DNA of 64,000 bases from an uncultured bacterium. Its GTDB lineage: Bacteria > Patescibacteriota > Minisyncoccia > Phycocordibacterales > CAIZLB01. Made by a program: the position numbers and the translations under genes. The stretch lies in assembly GCA_903936565.1 (NCBI GenBank), contig CAIZVZ010000006.1, positions 29,436 to 93,435 on the forward strand, given 5' to 3'. Positions 50,957 to 61,576 of this stretch are shown piece by piece. The notes beneath the pieces are model-generated. The model was not told the origin of the DNA. It saw only the letters and a list, made by a program, of their open reading frames with translations, and searched no databases. Numbering within the stretch: the stretch's first letter is position 1; the number at the start of each line of letters is the position of its first letter.

Positions 50957-52288
50957 ATGCATATGAATAACATAGCGATTACATACTTAGCTGCGTATTT
51001 GGTAATACTGGCCATTATTACTTGGCGGTCAGCAAAAAGAGAAACTCCCGCTGATTATATCAATAGCGGCAAGAACTTATCCGCAAACGATTCAACGTGG
51101 ACCACCTTCGCTTCTCTATTAACTGGCTACAATTTTGTAATAGGTGTTACATTTTCATTCTTGTATGGCTTTTGGTATTTAATGGTATTTGTCGGAGCCG
51201 GAATGGCATTTGTTGTTTTATATCTATTTTACAAGAAACACCTACTCCCTCTTCAAAGAGATCATGATCTATTTTCCATCGGAGATTATTTTGGTTTAAA
51301 GTATGGGTCGTTAAGCAAGAAACTAATTAATTTAATTTTATGCGGTGGACTTATATTATTTCTAATTCTTCAAATGTTTGTAAACACAACGCTTTTCTCA
51401 GCACTACTTCATATTGAAAAGCTGACAGCATTAATTATTACCACAGGCGTAGTCTGTATATACCTATGGTTTGGCGGGTTTAAAGCCTCAGTCAAAACAG
51501 ATATCTTTCAAGGTCTTTTAATGTTGCCGATAATTATGACAATTTTCGTTTTTCCTGTGCATTTTACATTAGGAAAAATTCCGCAGGCTTTTGACCCCTC
51601 ACAATTTTGGTTTGCCATAGGTTTAATGTTATTGCAGTTTTTGAGCCTGCTTGGACAAGCGGAAAGTTTTCAAAGAATATTTGCAAGTAGAGATGTGGAA
51701 TCTCTAAAGAAAGGTTTGGGAAGAGCATTCATTCTTCTTGCACTAGTCGCCGGATCAATCGCTTATCTTGGAATAAATTTTAAATTTTCAGGTCTAATAA
51801 GCGACCCTTCAGATTTATTTACCAAAGGAGTTCTGACTGCATTACCTTCATGGCTTGGACCATTATTAACCATTTCACTCATTGCATCTTTTATGGGAAC
51901 GATAGACTCAAGCGCTTTTGCATTCGGTGTTCTTGTCGCAAAAATGAGAGGAGCAAAAGAAAAATCAATCATAAAATCAACCAGGCTTTTTACTCTTCTC
52001 GGTATAATTGTCTCTGCAATTTCATCACTATATCTATTCTCATTCTTGTCCTCTGTGTTTGCACTAATATCATTAATATCAGTTGTGGGTGCGACGCTTG
52101 TAGTTTCAATTACACTCAGACCAAGCACATTTGAAATTAATACATTTCTAATTGTTGGTTCCGTCATTTTTATAGTTGGTTTGATTTTAAAATTCGTAAC
52201 TGACAATCCCTTAACGTCATTGATTCCAAGTGGAGCTGCCCTTTTAGCCATGTTGTTAGTTCGAGCATACGTGAGTTTTAAAAGATGA
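50957..52288 (+). CDS. Sodium:solute symporter family (SSS) transporter
   Basis: About 13 TM segments; N-terminal RSAKRETPADYINSGKNLS pattern typical of SSS. Confidence 0.6.
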   Translation: MHMNNIAITYLAAYLVILAIITWRSAKRETPADYINSGKNLSANDSTWTTFASLLTGYNFVIGVTFSFLYGFWYLMVFVGAGMAFVVLYLFYKKHLLPLQRDHDLFSIGDYFGLKYGSLSKKLINLILCGGLILFLILQMFVNTTLFSALLHIEKLTALIITTGVVCIYLWFGGFKASVKTDIFQGLLMLPIIMTIFVFPVHFTLGKIPQAFDPSQFWFAIGLMLLQFLSLLGQAESFQRIFASRDVESLKKGLGRAFILLALVAGSIAYLGINFKFSGLISDPSDLFTKGVLTALPSWLGPLLTISLIASFMGTIDSSAFAFGVLVAKMRGAKEKSIIKSTRLFTLLGIIVSAISSLYLFSFLSSVFALISLISVVGATLVVSITLRPSTFEINTFLIVGSVIFIVGLILKFVTDNPLTSLIPSGAALLAMLLVRAYVSFKR

Positions 52289-52614
52289 ATCTAGCTAGGC
52301 AGTCAGTCAAACCACGGCGCATAGTTATATTGACTTTTAGGCCTATTGATGTTATTGTATATTTAGCAAGTTCCCGATCAGGAGTTGTGTTTGGAATAAG
52401 GCCTGTGAATAAATCGTTGGCCCTATCTACAACACACACCCCTGAATTCATGAGAAATTACCAGTATGTCTTTCTAGGAATGTCGGCGCAAGCCTTCTGT
52501 ACCGCAATCTGGCTAGTGAAAGGAACCACACCAGTAAGTGTCGGCCAACAGCTATTCCTCGCAGCTTTGTTTGGCATCGTCGCCATCATCATTCGCAAAT
52601 GGAAACGGAACTAA
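52285..52614 (+). CDS. Small hypothetical membrane protein overlapping the SSS stop by 4 bp
   Basis: 109 aa, C-terminal TM helix LFLAALFGIVAIIIRKW; somewhat GC-richer than its flanks. Confidence 0.3.
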   Translation: MNLARQSVKPRRIVILTFRPIDVIVYLASSRSGVVFGIRPVNKSLALSTTHTPEFMRNYQYVFLGMSAQAFCTAIWLVKGTTPVSVGQQLFLAALFGIVAIIIRKWKRN

Positions 52615-52619
52615 CCCAA

Positions 52620-52666
52620 GACCCTCACGAGATCGACCTTCAACAGGCCTCGCGAGGGTCTTTCTC
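52620..52666. terminator. Bidirectional intrinsic terminator (gaccctcacgag ... ctcgcgagggtc)
   Basis: 12-bp inverted repeat with one G-U pair, T-run on the plus side; sits between convergent genes. Confidence 0.55.
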
Positions 52667-52683
52667 ATTTCTATATAATTTAA

Positions 52684-53796
52684 CTACTTCACCTCCACGA
52701 ACTTCCCATCCTTAATTGCCTTCAACATCAACTCCTTATACATTCCAACTCCCCTACTATCAACAGACAAACTTCCATTTGCTCCCTGATAATTATTCAA
52801 GCTTGCCAATTTATTTCTCACACAATCTTTATTTTCATATCCGCAAACGGCAATTGAATCTTTCAAGATGTTAAATGCATCGTACACGTTTGCAGATGTT
52901 AGATCTGCATCTACTCCATATTTATTTTTATATTTCAAAGCATAGTCTTGCCCTGCATCATTAGCTAATTTATCCTTAGGATAAGCATAGATAATTCCTT
53001 CAGCTAATTTATAATCCGTAATAGGCCCTTGTATAGCGTGAATACCAAATTTTGGTAGATTGTTAACACCCTGAACATTCATTTCTTTCAAAATATTATT
53101 GAAGTCTCCACCATGTGCAACAATCATTAAAGAATCAGGATTAGATTCCTTAATTTTCAAGACAGAAGTCTTAAAATCACCCAACCCCTTAACTACTGCC
53201 TCATCAGCTACAATAGTTCCTCCATTATCTTTGAAGTATTTTACAAAGTGTTTATAGTTTTCATCTTCAAACGCACCTTGCATGTGAATAATACCTACTC
53301 GTTTAAAATTCTTGGATTGCATATTTGAAGTAATGTCCTTCATTAAGTATTCAATTTCAGGAGAGAAAGTAAAATGATTTGGACCCATGTTTGCGATACG
53401 ATTAGATGGCAGACCAATAGAAATTGACATCACACCGTTATCCTCAAATAATGTCTCAGTTGAAATAGAAGCCTCATTACACATCGGCCCTATTATATAA
53501 TTTACCTTGTCCACCGTAATCAATTTTTGAACTGCACTAATTCCACTAGAACCGTTACATTTATCGTCCTCTTTAATTATCTTATAATTAGATCTTTCAC
53601 TTTGTGGCACACCCTCTAAAGCGAGGTTCAATCCATTTTGCATATAGTCACCAAATGAAGCGGCTGGACCAGAAAACGGACCCACCACGCCAATTTTTAT
53701 AACATTACTATCATTGTTGCTGTTATTATTAAAATAGACTAGCACGCCTACAATCACTATAATCGCCAAAACTATATATTTATATTGTATTTTCAT
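52684..53796 (-). CDS. Periplasmic-binding-protein type I solute-binding protein (LivJ/Peripla_BP_6-like), membrane-anchored, orphan
   Basis: TM anchor, then IKIGVVGPFSGPAASFGDYMQNGLNLAL. Confidence 0.65.
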   Translation of the reverse strand: MKIQYKYIVLAIIVIVGVLVYFNNNSNNDSNVIKIGVVGPFSGPAASFGDYMQNGLNLALEGVPQSERSNYKIIKEDDKCNGSSGISAVQKLITVDKVNYIIGPMCNEASISTETLFEDNGVMSISIGLPSNRIANMGPNHFTFSPEIEYLMKDITSNMQSKNFKRVGIIHMQGAFEDENYKHFVKYFKDNGGTIVADEAVVKGLGDFKTSVLKIKESNPDSLMIVAHGGDFNNILKEMNVQGVNNLPKFGIHAIQGPITDYKLAEGIIYAYPKDKLANDAGQDYALKYKNKYGVDADLTSANVYDAFNILKDSIAVCGYENKDCVRNKLASLNNYQGANGSLSVDSRGVGMYKELMLKAIKDGKFVEVK

Positions 53797-53926
53797 AACA
53801 ACAGAATAATATCAGGTTGTCCAGTGTTTGTCTCATGTTTATAACTAATAGTGACAAGATTATTAATACATGCTATATTATAAGGGTATTTTAATAGCTT
53901 AATGTAGTCCAAAATATGAACTTTAT

Positions 53927-54664
53927 ATGAAAATTGAAAACATACTCACCAAATACGGATTAACAGAACATGAGACACTTATATATATTTGTCTCCTTAA
54001 ACACGTTGAGGCAACCGCTTTTACGCTAGCAAAGGAAACTCATATCCCCCGGGCGACAACCTACAGAATTTTAGACTCGTTAAAAGAAATGAAAATGGTC
54101 TCTGTTTGGAAGAAGAATAACATTTCATACTTCAGTGCGGAAAGCCCCAATCGCCTACTCAAACTTTTGGATGAGAAAAAGGAGATGCTTAATTCCATAT
54201 TACCGGAGATGATGAATTTAAGGCAAATAGACAGCCTTACCCCCGCCACAAGAATATATGAAGGAAAGGAAGGCTTGAAAATTGTTTGGGACGATATATT
54301 AGATACCGCTGAGAAACAGGGGCTACGAGAAATTCATGCGATCTCAGGTCTCGATGTTTTGAAATATCTTCCAAGATACTTTCCGGAATGGTTAAAAAGA
54401 AGAGAAAAACTCGGTGTCTTCAGCTATGTGATCACAAAAGAGACCAATCCATCAACAGATTCCACCCTAGTAAAAAATCGCCTCAGAGAAACTAGAGTGA
54501 TGCCGATGGGGCTCATGGGTAATGGAACAATAGATATTTATGGAAACAAGGTTGCCTTCTTCTCCCTAAAGGACGGCCAAATATATTCTATAATATTGGA
54601 GTCCCCTTCTATTGCCGAGTTCCTTAGAAATTTCTTTATTTCAACTTGGGGCTTACTGAAATAA
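53927..54664 (+). CDS. TrmB-family transcriptional regulator (paralog B)
   Basis: ILTKYGLTEHETLIYICLLKHVEATAFTLAKETHIPRATTYRILDSLKEMKMV. Confidence 0.6.
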   Translation: MKIENILTKYGLTEHETLIYICLLKHVEATAFTLAKETHIPRATTYRILDSLKEMKMVSVWKKNNISYFSAESPNRLLKLLDEKKEMLNSILPEMMNLRQIDSLTPATRIYEGKEGLKIVWDDILDTAEKQGLREIHAISGLDVLKYLPRYFPEWLKRREKLGVFSYVITKETNPSTDSTLVKNRLRETRVMPMGLMGNGTIDIYGNKVAFFSLKDGQIYSIILESPSIAEFLRNFFISTWGLLK

Positions 54665-54724
54665 ATTTCAGAGAATAATATCCCAACAAAAAAACCACCC
54701 ATGTGGTTTTTTGTTTCCTATCTT

Positions 54725-55444
54725 CTACTTTTTAACCGCAATCATTACCGAATCCATCCATTGTCTATAGACCGTAGAAATACTTTCGTAATTATTTTGT
54801 ATTAACAGCCTAGATTGTTCAGATTCAGTAAATCTAACCTTTTCATCCTCAGCATAGTGCTTAATCCATTCCTCCTTGACGTCAGATCTTCCAATCTGAA
54901 CGAAAGCCTCAAATGTATTTATGGTATTCTCTATATATTCCTTCTGCAAAGGACCATCATCAACGGTACATTTGTCGCCATTCACAAAGATACCTCCTTT
55001 TTTTGTAACTCTAGCAATCTCTTTGAATAGTTCGTTTCTCTTCTCTATACTGAAGTTGTGTATTACATATCCTGAGAAGACCACATCGAAGTAATTGTCA
55101 TCAATGGATTTAAGATAATCCATTATCTCTGATTCTATAAAATCTATTTGCGATATATTCTGAAACCTTTTCTTTAAAGCCTCGAGCATTTTAGTTTCAT
55201 TATCAACTGCATAAATTTTATAATTATCCATTTTCACATCATCACAGGCTTGCAGTACGAAAGCTGTAGTTATTCCTGATCCAATACCAATTTCTAACAT
55301 TCGCACCTCTTCAGCTGATTTGATATTTTTAACTATAGTGTTAGCCACAGCTAGTTCTAAATCATCATAATACCAGAGTGCTTTCTTTAATAGGTCATAT
55401 TCCTCTCCACCTAACAGCCCTGAAAATCTTTGATCATTGTTCAT
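54725..55444 (-). CDS. Class I SAM-dependent methyltransferase
   Basis: Motif I LEIGIGSGITT, acidic post-I residue; 239 aa. Confidence 0.65.
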   Translation of the reverse strand: MNNDQRFSGLLGGEEYDLLKKALWYYDDLELAVANTIVKNIKSAEEVRMLEIGIGSGITTAFVLQACDDVKMDNYKIYAVDNETKMLEALKKRFQNISQIDFIESEIMDYLKSIDDNYFDVVFSGYVIHNFSIEKRNELFKEIARVTKKGGIFVNGDKCTVDDGPLQKEYIENTINTFEAFVQIGRSDVKEEWIKHYAEDEKVRFTESEQSRLLIQNNYESISTVYRQWMDSVMIAVKK

Positions 55445-55450
55445 GTTGTT

Positions 55451-56554
55451 TTATTTAATCTTATAAGGCTTATTGTCCTTTATTCCCATCAGTGCAAACT
55501 CTTTTGTAAATCCTCCCTTACCGTCTGATTTAAGATCTCCAGATTGACCCTTGTACTCAGTTATTGTGTGTATGTATTCCTGAATCTTTGTAGTATCTAA
55601 TCCGTTTGTGTTCTTAATCCCCTGAGCTATTAGCATGACTGAATCGTACGCTGTATCTGCACCACCCTCAATTTCTATTCCATACTCCTTTTTATATCTC
55701 TCTTCGAAATCTTTATTTGGAGTTAGGCCACTTAGGTATATCCAGCCATCACAAGACCCTTCACAAGTTGAGATAGTCTGTTTATCCATCGTCACCCCGT
55801 ATACGGGTAGTTTGATACCAATTTCCCTCATCTGTCTTCCGTATACAGAAGTTATGCTATACCCATCGGATGTTATGGCGATAGCATCAACTCCGGGAGT
55901 ATTCTTTAGTTTCAGTAAATCAGTTCTTACATCGGTTGAACTAACTAGTGGTTCATTTATGAAAATCGCATGACCGCCAAGTTGTTCTATTTTATTCTTG
56001 ATTGTAATAGTTTGATCTTTTACCCAAGGATCCTGTGCACCTAGGATGGCAATATTTTTATGACCATCCTTTATCATCATTTCTGCCAACTTCTCCGATA
56101 GTATATAGTCATGAGTATATGTATTGAAGATGTATGGGCTAGCTTCATTAAAAGCTGCGACACCCAGAGTTGGTGATATAACGACTGTATCCTTCACCAA
56201 GTCTTTTATGGCTAAACCATTTTTTGTCCAAGTTGGACCTATAATAAACTTTATACCTTCAGCATCCGTCAGTTTTCTGAAGGCGGTTACCGTTTTTGCT
56301 GGATCTCCTTGATCGTCTTCAACAACAGCTTCTAGTTTCTTTCCAAGAAGTCCTCCTTGATTGTTTATGTCCTTAATTGCTAAGTTCATACCGTTTACGG
56401 TAGCCTCACCCAAGGACGCCCCGTCACCGGACATTATCAAGACAGCTCCTATTTTAATGATCTTTTGATCATTACCGCTTTTCACATTTACGATACCAAT
56501 TATTAATAATATTGTTATAAGTATTGCTACTATGGTTGTTTTTTTGTTTTTCAT
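55451..56554 (-). CDS. Periplasmic-binding-protein type I solute-binding protein (second paralog), orphan
   Basis: TM anchor, then IKIGAVLIMSGDGASLGEATVNGMNLAIKDIN. Confidence 0.65.
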   Translation of the reverse strand: MKNKKTTIVAILITILLIIGIVNVKSGNDQKIIKIGAVLIMSGDGASLGEATVNGMNLAIKDINNQGGLLGKKLEAVVEDDQGDPAKTVTAFRKLTDAEGIKFIIGPTWTKNGLAIKDLVKDTVVISPTLGVAAFNEASPYIFNTYTHDYILSEKLAEMMIKDGHKNIAILGAQDPWVKDQTITIKNKIEQLGGHAIFINEPLVSSTDVRTDLLKLKNTPGVDAIAITSDGYSITSVYGRQMREIGIKLPVYGVTMDKQTISTCEGSCDGWIYLSGLTPNKDFEERYKKEYGIEIEGGADTAYDSVMLIAQGIKNTNGLDTTKIQEYIHTITEYKGQSGDLKSDGKGGFTKEFALMGIKDNKPYKIK

Positions 56555-56689
56555 AGTACTAATATCGTATATTTTTGACAGAGTTATTCAAAAGTGCTCT
56601 GAATTTCTTATCGAAAATATCCCATTTAGCCCTTATTTACAGTGCTATATATCTGTTGACAATACTCCGACAAAATGTATAATTAAACC

Positions 56690-57454
56690 ATGCAAATTTC
56701 AAAACTAAAAGAACTAGGATTTACAGACAAAGAAGTAGAGGTGTATGTTACCCTCTTGGAACAGGGGCGTCTAAACCCCTCCAGAATCGCCCTATCTAAC
56801 GGCATCAAAAGACCAACTGTATACGGAATTCTTAAGGAGCTTATAAAAAAGGGGGTAGTAGTAGAAGAAACCAGACAAGGTAAGCGGCTCTTCTCTGCCC
56901 TACCAGTCAAAAGTCTTGGCGATATAATTCTAAAAGAAGAAAGAGAGTTGCAATACAAGAAAACGTTGGTAAATCAAGCTATTGAGGAACTTGAATCTCT
57001 AAGTCTTAAAACAAAAAAGTCTATCCCCCGAATAACATATATATATGAAGAAAACATAGAGAACTTTTTATACAAACAAGCTTCAGCTTGGAACGAAAGT
57101 ATCTTGCAAAGAGATGGCTCATGGTGGGGATTCCAAGATCCAGAGGTTCTAAAAAAATATGGAGAATGGATTGATTGGTATTGGAAAGAAGAAAACACCC
57201 CCAAACAGGTGGTATTAAGACTTCTAACAAGTCAGTCGGAGTTTGAAAAAAGGATGGCAGCCAGAGGCTACAACAGAAGATTGATTAAGTTCTGGAATGG
57301 AGGACAAGATATTGATACTACGACTTGGGTAATAGGTGACTATGTAATCATTGTAGCCACAGGTCAGAAACCATATTATCTCGTCCAAATACACGATGAG
57401 GTGTTGGCAAAAAACATGAGAGAGATGTTTAAATATATATGGGAGACTCAATAG
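56690..57454 (+). CDS. TrmB-family transcriptional regulator (paralog C)
   Basis: LKELGFTDKEVEVYVTLLEQGRLNPSRIALSNGIKRPTVYGILKELIKKGVV. Confidence 0.6.
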   Translation: MQISKLKELGFTDKEVEVYVTLLEQGRLNPSRIALSNGIKRPTVYGILKELIKKGVVVEETRQGKRLFSALPVKSLGDIILKEERELQYKKTLVNQAIEELESLSLKTKKSIPRITYIYEENIENFLYKQASAWNESILQRDGSWWGFQDPEVLKKYGEWIDWYWKEENTPKQVVLRLLTSQSEFEKRMAARGYNRRLIKFWNGGQDIDTTTWVIGDYVIIVATGQKPYYLVQIHDEVLAKNMREMFKYIWETQ

Positions 57455-57601
57455 AGCTTTATTTATTGTCCACGCAGGAGATATCGAATGCCTAATTGCG
57501 ATGTATTGACAGGTACACAAAACGTGTTAATCTATCACCAGAGTTCCAAAAAACAACAAAACACAGGCACTCTTCTAATTCTGTAACCCCAAAACACGCA
57601 C

Positions 57602-58249
57602 ATGAGCAAAGAACTGACTGAATTCGAATTAATGGTTGCTACACAACTGAAGCAACTGGATAGACACCGAGACACAACCGAAGCTGCGGCAAGACAGACC
57701 ATTGTTGGCCAACAACGGTGGGGACAATGGGAATCGTTGGCGGAAATCTCTGCCGACACCATTCTTCAGTTGTCCGCCGAAGCCGGCGGGACCATGGTTG
57801 ATATGGTCTTGTGGGCTGACGAAAATGGCTACAAGGGAATCCTGGTGGACGTTGCCACCACCCTAGCTACTGGTGTCAGACCAATCGCCACCGCAAAATC
57901 AACCGAGATTGGTGAAGTCACAGGAAGTGTGCCTTTGGTAAAAACCCCAGAAGCAGCACTGCCTGAGTTCCAAATCAATGACGGCTACCTAGCAAAGGCA
58001 TTCCAGTTATCAACAACAGCCTCTAGTCTGGCGCAGCAAGGGCGGTTGTATGAGTCTCTCAACTGCTTCAGGACAAGTCTCACATACTTGTTCCTGGCCA
58101 AGGTACCAACCAACATCGAGAAGAGGAAGACGTGGGCCGTTGAAACCATCACGGAAGTGGACTTGATCCTTGCTGGGCTCATCGCCCCCTGTTTCCAGAG
58201 GGCACGCGCAGCGGGAAAACAGCTCATTCTCGTCACTGGGAAGTCCTGA
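57602..58249 (+). CDS. Hypothetical 215-aa protein in a GC-rich (about 52 percent) islet
   Basis: Compositional island 57480-58860. Its own hairpin terminator lies at 58305-58335 (ccccacg...cgtgggg). Confidence 0.4.
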   Translation: MSKELTEFELMVATQLKQLDRHRDTTEAAARQTIVGQQRWGQWESLAEISADTILQLSAEAGGTMVDMVLWADENGYKGILVDVATTLATGVRPIATAKSTEIGEVTGSVPLVKTPEAALPEFQINDGYLAKAFQLSTTASSLAQQGRLYESLNCFRTSLTYLFLAKVPTNIEKRKTWAVETITEVDLILAGLIAPCFQRARAAGKQLILVTGKS

Positions 58250-58538
58250 AAAATACCCACGTCAAGGCACCACTTCCAAACACCTTACCCCCGCATCCTA
58301 TGAGTCCCCCACGAACTCACGGACGTGGGGGATTTCATTTAACCTTAGAAATTTATCCACTTCGACCTAATAGTTATTGAAGTGGTAATTATATCAGACT
58401 TGACTTAAACAACATATAGTGTTATTATATGGAAAGCTAAGTTCCCATTGTGAGGTATGGTTTGATTTAGGATTGTCGTCGCAAATCAAGGCATTCGGCC
58501 TTCGATCGTGACCGCAAACTGAACCAAACCATTACCAA

Positions 58539-58784
58539 ATGAAAAACGCACGACACTTCGTATTCGAACTAAACTCTGCCGGCTCCTTTATGTTTGAGGG
58601 CATCGGTGACGATAAAGAAATCGACCGTGGGCAGCAGGACTACGTGAGAAGATTGGTCGAAGCCGCTCAGCTAGCGGTGGCAGCCTCGGGTAAACCCGTG
58701 GATCACTTCGAGAATGTCATCAGGCTCGCCGAAATTGGCCATATCATCAACTCGCTTTCACCACCAGCAGCAAAGACACCTTGA
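58539..58784 (+). CDS. Hypothetical 81-aa protein in the same GC-rich islet
   Basis: Followed by a hairpin terminator at 58815-58850 (ggacctt...aaggtcc, ttttcattt). Confidence 0.35.
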   Translation: MKNARHFVFELNSAGSFMFEGIGDDKEIDRGQQDYVRRLVEAAQLAVAASGKPVDHFENVIRLAEIGHIINSLSPPAAKTP

Positions 58785-58909
58785 CCCCCCCCGACCTCCG
58801 TGAACTGGACCTTCAACAGTCCTTCTCGCGAAGGTCCTTTTCATTTGAATAATTTATTCTATCATCCTCCAATCATTAGCAATAAACTCCATGATATAAT
58901 ATCCCTACT

Positions 58910-59470
58910 ATGCCCCATGTATATCACGCATCAAAAGCACAAAATTTAAAAACAATAGAAACTCGTAAAAGTACCCACGGAATACCTTGGGTCTATGCAA
59001 TGTCAAAGCCAGAGTATGCTTTAATTTTTATAGGGACCGAAGGAGACCTGGTTAATCAAGTTGGTTTCATCAACGGCCATCCTCGCATTGTAGAGAGATT
59101 TCCAAATTCCCTAGAGTACTCAGCAAGAAATAAATCGGGGTCAGTGTACACGTTAGATGGAACGGATTTCAAGAGTAGAGTAACATCATTCGAACTGGAG
59201 TTGGTGTGCGATCATAATTGCGAGGTATTAGAAGAAAATAAAATTGAAGATGTTCTTAAAAGTTTACTCGATCTTGAAAAGGAAGGTCTGATAGCAATAT
59301 ACAGATACCCAAACATGCCGAGCGATATGCCAAATGACAAAAGCGATTTGATAGAGCGAGCCGTAATGTGGTCAAAGCAATTTCCTGTTGAGGAAATACT
59401 GCGCGATGTCGAGAGATATCATCCAGATATATTGGAGGAAGTAAAAAGACAAATTGAAATTGAAGATTAA
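58910..59470 (+). CDS. Hypothetical protein (186 aa)
   Basis: ORF only; convergent with the NUDIX gene and overlapping it by 4 bp. Confidence 0.35.
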   Translation: MPHVYHASKAQNLKTIETRKSTHGIPWVYAMSKPEYALIFIGTEGDLVNQVGFINGHPRIVERFPNSLEYSARNKSGSVYTLDGTDFKSRVTSFELELVCDHNCEVLEENKIEDVLKSLLDLEKEGLIAIYRYPNMPSDMPNDKSDLIERAVMWSKQFPVEEILRDVERYHPDILEEVKRQIEIED

Positions 59471-59967
59471 GTAGTTAAAAAACTGATATCCCTAACCTTA
59501 GTATATTTTACCTGCATAGGTGTCGCGTACAAACTTATTTCACTTGTCGATTCCAAGAGGGACAGCGCTTCGCTAATACTTACCCACAACATCTCCTTTC
59601 CCTCTTTTATCTCATCCTGCATCAAATTTAAATTACCCTTTGTACCAATAACATTTGCCTTGTAACAAAAAGTTTCATTTATTAGTTTTTTATCTCTCAA
59701 ATATTCTTTAACAATTCCAACCTCGCTAATAATTTTAATATCGCAACCCGCTTCTTCTTTCACTTCACGAATTGCACCTTCCTCTAATGTCTCATCAGCT
59801 TCAACTCCCCCACCAGGTAATTCATAATAACCCCTAATCTTGGCATGAACTAGAGCTATTTTATTTTCATCATCAGTGACGATAACTCTTACTGCACGTC
59901 TGTGTTTATACGTCTCAATCTCATCGTCAGTTATGTTTTCATCGTTTAAGATTGTGAGTAGTTTCAT
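59467..59967 (-). CDS. NUDIX hydrolase
   Basis: Nudix box GGGVEADETLEEGAIREVKEEAG. Confidence 0.8.
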   Translation of the reverse strand: MKLLTILNDENITDDEIETYKHRRAVRVIVTDDENKIALVHAKIRGYYELPGGGVEADETLEEGAIREVKEEAGCDIKIISEVGIVKEYLRDKKLINETFCYKANVIGTKGNLNLMQDEIKEGKEMLWVSISEALSLLESTSEISLYATPMQVKYTKVRDISFLTT

Positions 59968-60068
59968 ATATTAATTGTATCATTATATTTTCTTATTAAG
60001 TACATTTTATCCAATGAATATCACATAAGATATCGAAGATTTAAGTGATATGATAGTATTAAAAAATA

Positions 60069-60356
60069 ATGCCCCACCCACTCTCCAGCAAAAAAATAAC
60101 AAGAAGTCACACCACATTAATCGATGGAGCAATTAATGTTGTTAGACATGCGGTAAAGATGCCCGAGGTCTCTAAAGTGAGTTTGGGAATTATTAAAAAA
60201 ATAAGCATCGGAAAACCTAGAATCAAATTCCTACCAATCACCGGCGGCGTCAAAGCAATCGTCCGAGGTAATGCTTACGTTCAGGAAATTTTTATATATA
60301 CAAGCGACGATAAAAAGACGGTTGCTGTCCTAACCAAACTTTTTGAAAATAAATAA
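60069..60356 (+). CDS. Hypothetical small protein (95 aa)
   Basis: ORF only. Confidence 0.3.
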   Translation: MPHPLSSKKITRSHTTLIDGAINVVRHAVKMPEVSKVSLGIIKKISIGKPRIKFLPITGGVKAIVRGNAYVQEIFIYTSDDKKTVAVLTKLFENK

Positions 60357-60439
60357 ATTTATAAATCAACTCCAATCTATCCCTTTTGTACACTTATTAT
60401 GCAACCCAGCAGCCATTATTTAATCTAATTCAAAAGCCT

Positions 60440-60960
60440 AAAGCTCTTGACAACTTAGTTGATTAGAGTAGTATTTTGTCATCCACGGCAAGTCGATAAG
60501 ACAACAGGCCGGATGAGTTCTTTTTTTACCAACAGCCATCATTTAGGCAAAAGTTAAGTAGAACTAGAACCGTGCCGACCAACCAACGCATGATGGATAC
60601 GGCTATCTAACACTAAGGTAAAACCAACGGAAGTGTAATCTCTCGAACAACCAAACGTGTTACATAGCCAAGATTTCCGGCCGCTAGGCCAAAACAACTT
60701 GGCGGGGAGTGATGATACCCCGACCCAAGCCCGGTACTGGTAACACTGGGTGAGAATGAGGTGAGTGGGCTTTCGGGCCCGAACCCGCCTGGGGTGGCAG
60801 ACCTGGTTAACGAGTTTTCAGGTTAGACTGGTAACACGATGCACAGTCATGCGCACCCGGGCGGGTTCAAACCTCACCCAACCGGCTTTGGAACATTTCC
60901 ATAGCCATCCCCGCTTCGGGCAAGGAAACGCCCTGGCGGTTTTTTGTTGCCTAAAATACT
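60440..60960 (+). ncRNA. Unassigned candidate structured RNA or long leader (about 520 nt, GC about 50 percent) upstream of infC
   Basis: ORF-free GC-rich block. Contains AAGCCCGG ... CUGGUAACACUGGG ... ACCCAACCGGCUUU (loosely reminiscent of the RNase P P4 region). Several GC hairpins with a UUCG-type loop; ends cgccctggcgg plus ttttttg. Confidence 0.25.
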
Positions 60961-61057
60961 CCAATAAGGCTAGCCTGAAAACCACCACCTCGCGATAATA
61001 GCACCAAAACCATAGCCAATCGCCAAATCAAATGCTATACTGCTTCCATACCAATAT

Positions 61058-61576
61058 ATGGCAACACAACAAATACACGTTAGAATCAATCACCAAATAC
61101 GCGCGGCAGAACTACGTATTCTAGGACCTGAGGGAGAAAATTTCGGAGTAATGACCTTTGAGGACGCTATGGCCAAGGCCCGCGAGCTTAATTGTGACCT
61201 TATTGAGATATCCCCTAGAGCCAATCCACCAGTTGCAAAAATCATGGATTATGGTAAATTTCAATACGACGAAAGTAAAAAACAGAAGCAGGCAAAAGCT
61301 AATGCAAAGAATTTTGAAGTTAAGAGTTTACAGGTAAAAATAGGCACTGGAGACCATGACTTAGCCCTAAAGGCTAAAAAGGCCTCAGAATGGCTACAAG
61401 AGGGGCATAGAATCAAGTTTGACCTATTCCTCCCAGGTAGAACCAAGTACCTAGACGAGAAGTTCCTCAAAGAGAGAATGGACCGTTTACTCAACCTTAT
61501 AAGCACTGACTACAAAATAGCAGATCCGGCTAAAAAAAGTCCAAAGGGTTTAACTATCATTTTGGAGAAGGCATAG
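61058..61576 (+). CDS. infC: Translation initiation factor IF-3
   Basis: INHQIRAAELRILGPEGENFGVMTFEDAMAKARELNCDLIEISP; followed by rpmI and rplT. Confidence 0.85.
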   Translation: MATQQIHVRINHQIRAAELRILGPEGENFGVMTFEDAMAKARELNCDLIEISPRANPPVAKIMDYGKFQYDESKKQKQAKANAKNFEVKSLQVKIGTGDHDLALKAKKASEWLQEGHRIKFDLFLPGRTKYLDEKFLKERMDRLLNLISTDYKIADPAKKSPKGLTIILEKA

